Below, piece after piece: positions 55,235 to 64,000 of a stretch of DNA of 64,000 nucleotides (its first letter is position 1; the number at the start of each line of letters is the position of its first letter). A program made the position numbers and the translations under genes. The notes beneath the pieces are model-generated. The model saw only the letters and a list, made by a program, of their open reading frames with translations, was not told the DNA's origin and did not search any database. The DNA lies in NCBI GenBank assembly GCA_951406725.2, contig OX597818.1:90148001-90212000 (forward strand), read 5' to 3'. The stretch comes from Octopus vulgaris. Lineage: Eukaryota.

Positions 55235-55573
55235 GTATATATGTATTTCACATCAATAACAAAGTCACCTTGATCCGTGAAAGAGAGGTGCGGCCAGTGG
55301 TAAGTATCCAAGGGGTAAAGAAAATCCAATGTAGAGGTAAGAGTAATAGTGGTGTTGGTAGGATATAGGATGAAAGTGAGACCACGTGAGCGCGTAATAT
55401 ATAACGGGAAGCTTTATGAAAATAAACAAAAGACGAAGGCAGGTGGAATGTTTTATTTATATTCCTGAGCGCCATACTAATACAATTGTTTGTTTGTATT
55501 CCACCTGCCTTTGTCTTTTGTTTATTTTCATAAAGCTTCCCGTTATATATATATATGTATATGTATATATATG

Positions 55574-55673
<100 letters not shown>

Positions 55674-55735
55674 TACATATTTACTATATATATACATACA
55701 AATACAGATATCTATGTATATACAAACACACACAG

Positions 55736-55775
<40 letters not shown>

Positions 55776-56914
55776 TGTTAACGTTTGCAGAGAATAGACC
55801 TAGCTATTTCTGGACGTGTTAAATTCACTATATCTGTTATGGTGTGACATGGACTATGATATGCTTATGAGGCCAAATGAGGCCGATATTTACTTTTACG
55901 GTTCCACAATCTCATTATGTTCAAAAGCTGTGTGAGATGGAGGGATCTTTTTGATAGATAGGCTCTGGCTCATACTGACAACAGTAAAGAGACACTTCCA
56001 TTGGATGAAGATGGTCACGAGGTCAAATATAAAATAGGATTTGATTAGTCGCTGAGATAACTAGGCATCAGGGGTACGTGAAGATACGAATGATACGTAA
56101 TTGTGTTAAAATTATCGTTCTCAATGGCATTTCTGATTTTCCATTCGTGAACTCTCAGATGATTGCTCAGTCTCACTTCTGATCTGCCTAGTTTGAGACT
56201 AGATGGAATGACAAATCAGTTTGTCATCAAGAGATATCTGCACCTCACTGGATTATAGTGATAAACGCTTGTACACCATGAATATCATTCTCGGGGTCAC
56301 CAAAGCGAGATGAGCAAAATCACATGAAACGGCCGGTATTAGACGAGAATGTGTCACGCGAGTGTATATATAAGTATTTCGCATTATATCCACGTAATAT
56401 GGCACATGATAATGTGGATAACATTTGAGTTAAAAGTCAAGCCTCTGTTAATAGTATCAACACCAGGTTATCAGAATAGCTGAAAATAGAGAAATACATT
56501 ACTGCTTGTATGTTAGCGACAGTAAGTTTATGTATCTATATGTATTTGTATGTAACTATATGGGTCGAAACGATCGTCGTATAAAATAAAGACTAATACC
56601 AAATCCATATTCTGGTTACTTAATCAATTATTATCATCTCACCTAACACTGCGGAATTCCTGAAGTATACGCAAACTGCGGATGACACCAGGTAGTCCTA
56701 ACCGTGCCACTTCAACACACTAATCGACACATACTCATTAGTACAAAATATTACATATATGTATATATATATATATATGCCATATTGGATCGTTAGCCCC
56801 TACACGCAATTTTTTTCTCTCCTTGTTTCTTTTCTTTGTATCTTTCTGTCGAAGAGCGTAGGCTCGAAACGTAAAAGACTTGTTTTATTTCTATTCCTGA
56901 GCGCCATACTAATA

Positions 56915-56972
56915 CATTGTTTGTTTGTACTCCACCTGCCTTCGTCTTTTGTTTATTTTCGTAAACCTTCCC

Positions 56973-57037
<65 letters not shown>

Positions 57038-57176
57038 GAAATGAAGAAAATGCTGACAAAATAATTTAAGTAATTTAAGTAATTTAATTAGGTGAAAATT
57101 CTTTTTACCGGTTGCGCATTTGTTATGCCTATCAAAAGATTAGAGTTCCTTTCTGATAGATTTTTTCCTCTTTTTT

Positions 57177-57220
<44 letters not shown>

Positions 57221-57358
57221 AAAAAAGAGGAAAAAATCTATCAGAAAAGAACTCTAATCTTTTGATAAGCATAACAAATGCGCAACCGGTAAAAATAACT
57301 TTCACCTAATTAAATTACTTAAATTACTTAAATTATTTTGTCAGCATTTTCTTCATTT

Positions 57359-57406
<48 letters not shown>

Positions 57407-57465
57407 CGGGAAGGTTTACGAAAATAAACAAAAGACGAAGGCAGGTGGAGTACAAACAAACAATG
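56915..57465. repeat. ~550-bp near-perfect composite palindrome centred on (TA)n
   Basis: 56915-56973 pairs with 57407-57465; 57033-57180 pairs with 57217-57363; TA spacers. Confidence 0.9.
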
Positions 57466-57507
57466 CATATACATATATATATATATATACATATATATAC
57501 TGCGCTT

Positions 57508-58009
<502 letters not shown>

Positions 58010-58767
58010 GAGATTGACTATGTAATTGGGTGTGCATGTGAGAACTAAAATCATGTGAGGTCTTGGTAATTTATTTGCGAATGAATGTATGTTTTATACG
58101 TTGTTACAGCGTATTCAAACATTAATTGTATCTTTAAATAGCATTTTCTCTTTCATTATCTCTCTCTGTATTTGATCGGTGGTTTTTTTCAGAACAAAGA
58201 TAAAATGGAAAAATTTGCAATTTTAGTGATTTTAGCGCCAAAGTCTTCCACAGTGTCATGTGACCTAATACAAGATCATGACTCTCAATTGTTATTCATA
58301 GTATCACATGACACATTCAGTGGATTAGCATTGCCTTATCTTTTGGCGAAATTACATTCATAGAGTTACGTCGTCCTAATATTGAGGACAGAGAACTAAG
58401 CGAATTCTATGTCTAACCTCGGGATCATCTTCAACCAATCAAACAGTATCTTAGATGACTGCAAGTAGAGCCATAGTCTAGTCATAAAAAGAAAAGAATT
58501 TTGACATTTTCCTTAGAGTTGTGGCAAATAGCATATAGTTGCAAATCTTTCCATCTTACACTGCTTCTAAAAATCAAGAAATTGTGAAACCACTTAAGTA
58601 AATGAATATAAATATTCTTAAAGACACTAAGCGCATTTTCAACTGATTTTCTTTATACTTGCACACGTGCGGAAAAAATTATATGCATGCACGTGCGCGT
58701 GTGTTGTGTGTGTGTATATGTATGTAATTAGTGTAATGGGTGGCATGATATATTTTTTTGTTTTCAG

Positions 58768-58850
58768 ACAACCGGCCAACGACGAAATTTATCAAAGATG
58801 TCATATAATTTGTGAGAAGTTTCGTTCGAATAACACAGCATGCAGATTGG
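58768..58850 (+). CDS. Gene B exon: short Cys-containing N-terminal segment
   Basis: ttttgttttcag|A...TTGG|gtaag; 83 bp, phase 2-1; QPANDEIYQRCHIICEKFRSNNTACRL; joins the signal exon to the CBM14 exon in frame. Confidence 0.72.
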
Positions 58851-59979
58851 GTAAGACTAGAAATCTTTAACTTTTTGCACTCGACACTTATACACCAATG
58901 TACTATTTTTAGACGAGCCTAATATTACAAAGCTTCTCTTTCTTCTCACCAGCCTCCTACACTTTAAACTTATACTTAGAAGAATATTTATGAAACAGTC
59001 ACTTGGATTTAAAGAGTGGGTTTGTTATGAATGTGTAGGCGCATGGCTTAGTGGTTAGGGTGTCAGCACCATGATCGTAAGATTGTGGTTTCGATTCCTG
59101 GACCGGGCGACGCGTTGTGTTTTTGAGCAAAACACTTCATTTCACGTTGCTCCAGTCCACTCAGCTGGCAAAGATGAGTAACGCTGCAATGAACTGGCGT
59201 CCCGTCCAGCTGGGGAACACATACGCCATAGAAATCGGGAAACCGAGCCCATGAGCCTGGCTAGGCTTTAAAAGGGCGTATTTATTTATTTGTTATGAAT
59301 ATTTACCGCTGCATACAAACCGAAAAGTTGGCGCTCTAAGAACTGTGTGTTGTGTAGCAACACACCATGATTAAGTGTGTTAACTTTCAAACAGCCAATA
59401 CTCTTGATTGATCTAAATAAAAAAGAAAATCTGAACAACGTTAAACCGAGGAGAGCACAGTAAAACTGGCGAATGTTGATTGATTATTAGCTCGGTGTGA
59501 TGTGTCAACATTATTGCTGTTGACATATTTCAAGGAAGGACAGCCTGAACAAGATCGGTACGTCATCTAAAACCGAAATATTTAGCAGCATCTTTACGTC
59601 TAAATATGTTACGGATATACTATGTTTTCTCCAAAATATATCTAGAACGTAGAATAGAGCTAAGTTCAAAGTCCATCGTTTAACACATTCCAAAAATGGT
59701 TACATTGTATTTACTATTATTGCTCGATGCAGAGTAGGCTTTGATGGCCACTGATATCGTACCGAACACCAAGTCATATCGCATGCTATATTTTGGAAAC
59801 TTCCGTACCCGAATAGAAGATCCTTCAGTTGTTTTGTTGTCATTGGTAAAGACACACTAGAAATCTGTTCTCCATAAGTTTTAGTAACTACTGTTTATTT
59901 AACATCAAGATATTAACAGCGAAAACAAGCATGAACTAACACGATCCCAATGTACTGTTCAGTTTATGTTAGTCTAGAG

Positions 59980-60237
59980 CAGTAGTTGTCAATAAGGGTC
60001 CATTTGGCCACTTGGAAGTTCATATAAGATTTCGGAGTTAAAATTTATCTGCAATAAATTACTTATACGTCTACAATGCATAAAATATTTTTGGCAATTT
60101 TTTAAGGCACTTCCTGATAATATTTAATTACAAAAATATTATATGATTTTTTAAAACATCAAATAGCTAGGAGAGTCCATCCGAGTAAAATAGAAATCAA
60201 AGAGTTCATAGGTAAAAAAAATGGTTAAATAACACTG
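59980..60237. mobile_element. Diverged hAT/Charlie-type MITE
   Basis: CAGT..ACTG ends; 8-bp TSD-like GTCTAGAG / GTTAAGAG. Confidence 0.5.
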
Positions 60238-60286
60238 GTTAAGAGGAACATTGCACGGGCTAGTTTCACGGCACATGGCTCAATGT

Positions 60287-60691
60287 TTTACTCTTTTACT
60301 TGTTTCAGTCATTTGACTGTGGCCAAGCTGGAGCACCACCTTTAGTCGAGCAAATCGACCCCAGGACTTATTCTTTGTAAGCCTAGTACTTATTCCATCG
60401 TTCTCTTTTGCTGAACCGCTAAGTTACGGGGACGTAAACACACCAGCATCGGTTGTCAAGCGATGTTGGGGGGGGGGCACACACTGACAAAACACACACA
60501 CACACACATATATATATATACATATATACGACGGGCTTCTTTCAGTTTCCGTCTACCAAATCCACTCACAAGGCTTTGGTCGGCCCGAGGCTATAGTAGA
60601 AGACACTTGCCCAAAGTGCCACGCAGTGGGACTGAACCCGGAACCGTGTGGTTGATACGCAAGCTACTTACCATACAGCCACTCCTGCGCC
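60287..60691 (-). mobile_element. SINE family A
   Basis: Match to family A. Confidence 0.85.
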
Positions 60692-62503
60692 TAGCTACTT
60701 ACCACACAGCCACTCCTGTTTAATAGCAAATTATTCCGTTCAATGCTACAACATTCTGTCAAGTAGTATGCCTGACAGAGAAGTGACAATTAAGTCCTAC
60801 GTCATACCGTTCAGTCCAGTACAGCATTCAGTGCAGTAGTATACCACTCGGTCTAGTGACATACCATTCAGTCTAATTCGTGTTATTCAGTCCTATGGAG
60901 CACCATTCAGTCTAGTGAAATTCCATCCGGTGATATACTAATAATTTCATTGACATTTCCTTTAGTTCAATGATACGATTTGGTTAGGTGACCCACTGTT
61001 GAGTCTATGATACGCTGTCCAGTCAAATGACTCCTCATCCAATCGAGCTTGTGTCGCATTGGGTCCAGTGAAATCATGCTCTCTTGCTGCAAATATGTTA
61101 GTCCAGAGACATACCAAGTAACCCTTGATAAAAGATTTCTGATGTAGTAACCAGTTTTCTTGAAACAATGTGAAACACTATGTTACATAGTGGAGTCATT
61201 AATTCAAACATTAAGCATTATTCTTTAGTCATCCATTATTCTTTAGTTATTCATTCTTGTGTTATTTCAGTTATTCATTCAAAGGTAACATTAAAATATC
61301 TCACACTCTTATTAATCTTGCTTTGATCACTCAGTTCAGGGGCTTTACTCTCATACCTCACTATACTCATTCTCTGAATTTGGTTCCAATAAACTCCCTC
61401 TCCCTCTCTTTCTCTCACTCATACACATCTTGTTTGTTCCTTCTCGAGCCACGCCTGGCTCATAAGGGCCGGTTTCCAGGCTTCCTTGGCGTATAGGTTC
61501 CCCACCTGGACGGGACGCCGGTCCGTCGCAGGTGAGCTGCAAGATGCAGGAGGAAAGATTGAGAGAAAGTTGTGGCGAAGGGAATCAGCAGAAGTTCGCC
61601 ATTACCTTCTGCCGGAGCCGAGTGGAGCTTAGGTATTTCGCTCATAAACATACACTTCGCCCGATCTGAGATTCGAACACACGATCCGTCGATCGCGAGT
61701 CCACTGCTCTAACCACTAGGCCATGTGCCTCCACCATACACATCTTACACAAATTATATCCATTCTTTGTACTTTCTCTACTCACTCTTCTGTTTCGCTT
61801 TACTGACTGCACTAACTCCATGCACCAAAATCCTCTCACTCTGTTCACCCCACTTACTCTGTTCACCCCTCTTACTCCCCTCACTCTTCACATAAGGCAC
61901 ACATAATTCAACTTACGCCAGCCTACACATCGTATACCACCTCACTCTATCTGTCCATGATACCTTATCACACTCAACTCTCTAATTTTGCTCATTATAC
62001 AATAAATATCTTCTAGTCTACCTCACCATCAGTCTTTCACTCCACTCGTTGTTTCACCCCATACTCTAGAACCACACTCTCACTCAAACTACTTATCTTG
62101 CTCCTCTTCTCTTTGTTTTAGTTTCTATTCATGAAATGCTACGGTCGACAGTAAACGGTGAGTTAACATTATTATTATGTCAAAAGAAGAAAAAAAAGAC
62201 AAAAAACTAGACTATGATTTAGGAACAAAGTCTGAATTTTGTGTTGGGGTACGTTTCAGTTGATATCGAAAACAGTATTTGACTGATACATTACTTTATC
62301 GGCCCCGGAGGTATGAAAGGTAAAGCTGATCACGGTGTAATTTGAACTAAGAACGTAAAACACCCCGAAGATATCCTGCATGGCATTTCATCCGATCCTC
62401 TAACCATTCTACAACCCTTGCTGCCTAAAAGCAATGTTAATTATAATTCCTTCTACTATAGGCACGAGGTCTAAACGTTTGGGGTAAGATAACCAATCGA
62501 TTA

Positions 62504-63110
62504 AGGCGGCGAGCTGGCAGAAACATTAGCACGCCGGGAGAAATGTTTAGCGGTATTTCGTCTGCCGTTACGTTCTGAGTTCAAATTCCGCCGAGGTCGA
62601 CTTTGCCTTTCATCCTTTCGGGGTCGATAAATTAAGTACCAGTTACGCACTGGGGTCGGTATAATCGACTTAATCCGTCTGTCCTTGTTTGTCTTACTCT
62701 GTGTTTAGCCCCTTGTGGATAGTAAAGAAATAGGTATTTCGTTTGCCTTCACGTTTTGAGTTCAAATTCCGCCGAGGTCGACTTTGTCTTTCATCCTTTC
62801 GGGATGCGGACTGGGGTCGATATAATCGACTAGCCCCCTCCCCCAAAATTTCGGGCCTTGTGCCTAGAGGAGAAAAGAATCGTAAGCATGTCGGGCTAAT
62901 TGTTTAGCGGCGTTTCGTGTGTCTTTACGTTCTCAGTTCAAATGCTGCTGAGATCGACTTTGCCTTTCGGGGGTCCATAAGAACCAGTTGAGCATTGGAG
63001 TCGATCTTATCGATTTAGCCCCAACTTCCGAAATTGCTGGCCTTGTACCAAAATTTGGCAGAATCGTTAGCAAGCCGAACAAAACGTGTAGCGGCATTTC
63101 GTCCGTCTTT
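62504..63110 (+). mobile_element. Tandem cluster of SINE family B
   Basis: One full unit followed by partial or diverged units. Confidence 0.8.
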
Positions 63111-63127
63111 ACTCTTTTATTATTTTA

Positions 63128-63328
63128 CTCTTTTACTTGTTCCAGTCATTTGACTGTGTCCATGCTGGAGCAACGCCTTTAGTCGAGCAAATCGACCCCA
63201 GGACTTATTCTTTGTAAGCCTAGTACTTATTCTATCCGTCTCTTTTGCCGAACCACTAAGTTACCGGAACGTAAACACACCAGCACCGGTTATCAAGCGA
63301 TGTTGGAGGGACAAACACAGACAACAAG

Positions 63329-63366
<38 letters not shown>

Positions 63367-63538
63367 CACATATACGACGGGCTTCTTTTCAGTTTCCTCT
63401 ACCAAAGTCACTCACAAAGCTTTGATCGGCCCGAGGCTATAGTAGAAGACACTAGCCCAAGGTGCCACGCAGTGGGACTGAACCCGGAACCATGTGGTTG
63501 GTAAGCAAGCTACTTACCACACAGCCACTCCTTCGCCT
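63128..63538 (-). mobile_element. SINE family A
   Basis: Match to family A. Confidence 0.85.
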
Positions 63539-63665
63539 ATATTATTTCACCCTTTTAAAATCAATAAAATAAGTACCAGTTGAACACTGCAACCAACTTT
63601 TTCCTGACTCGAAATTACTGTCCTTGTCCCAAAATTTGATGCCAATGTTTTCTCATACTTTCCAG

Positions 63666-63848
63666 TGTCAAAATTATGTTCCAAAGAAAATCTAATGACG
63701 GAATGTCAACCATGTGTAACCGGTGGATTTTACTCGCATCCGAACGACCAAGGCAGATATTACCAATGTGTTTATGGTGTACTTCTGCCAAAATATTGTC
63801 AATCTGGAACCATTTGGTACCAACATACAAGGACGTGCATCTTCGACT
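63666..63848 (+). CDS. Gene B exon: CBM14-like domain (gene continues past the window)
   Basis: ctttccag|TG...GACT|gtaag; 183 bp, phase 1-1; VSKLCSKENLMTECQPCVTGGFYSHPNDQGRYYQCVYGVLLPKYCQSGTIWYQHTRTCIFD; same Cys spacing as the gene A domains. Confidence 0.9.
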
Positions 63849-63875
63849 GTAAGCAATTTCGATTATAAAACAACT

Positions 63876-63968
63876 CTTCTTCTTCTTCTTCTTCTTCTTC
63901 TTCTTCTTCTTCTTCTTCTTCTTCTTCTTCTTCTTCTTCTTCTTCTTCTTCTTCTTCTTCTTCTTCTT
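63876..63968. repeat. (CTT)n microsatellite, one of dozens of (TA)n, (CA)n, (TACA)n, (TATC)n, (TAA)n and (TAG)n tracts
   Basis: Directly visible. Confidence 0.95.
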
Positions 63969-64000
63969 TATTCTTTCTTTTTTCTCTTGTTCTAAACCTT

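Noticed and set aside
56560-56595. GAAAC-GATC-GTC followed by AATAAA as a hammerhead 3' half
   Set aside because: No convincing CTGAnGA core or helices upstream
58172-58363. MEKFAILVILAPKSSTVSC as an alternative signal-peptide exon of gene B
   Set aside because: Short hydrophobic core, no phase-2 donor to join exon 58768, and the frame runs to a stop

Overview
AT-rich, microsatellite-dense animal genomic DNA. The SINE families and the (TA)n/(TACA)n/(TATC)n load resemble Octopus genomes, but this species call is recognition, not proof. Most listed ORFs are microsatellite or SINE artefacts. Reading splice sites by hand gives two + strand genes. Gene A: the 3' part (8 coding exons, 4095-20846, all introns phase 1) of an extracellular protein with 3 calcium-binding EGF repeats and 3 variant chitin-binding CBM14/peritrophin-A domains. 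Gene B: the 5' part of a related secreted protein (signal-peptide exon 34045-34133, a 24.6-kb intron, a Cys-rich exon 58768-58850, a CBM14 exon 63666-63848). The rest is transposon debris: tRNA-derived SINEs, RTE, CR1 and R4/Dong-like LINE ends, Penelope-like elements, Tc1/mariner, pogo-, piggyBac- and hAT-type MITEs, and a Helitron with both ends. The strongest non-coding signal is a set of foldback elements inside (TA)n tracts. Several carry hammerhead-ribozyme motifs, including one canonical type I hammerhead at 17348-17426 (-). Exon coordinates are read exactly from splice sites; repeat boundaries are approximate.
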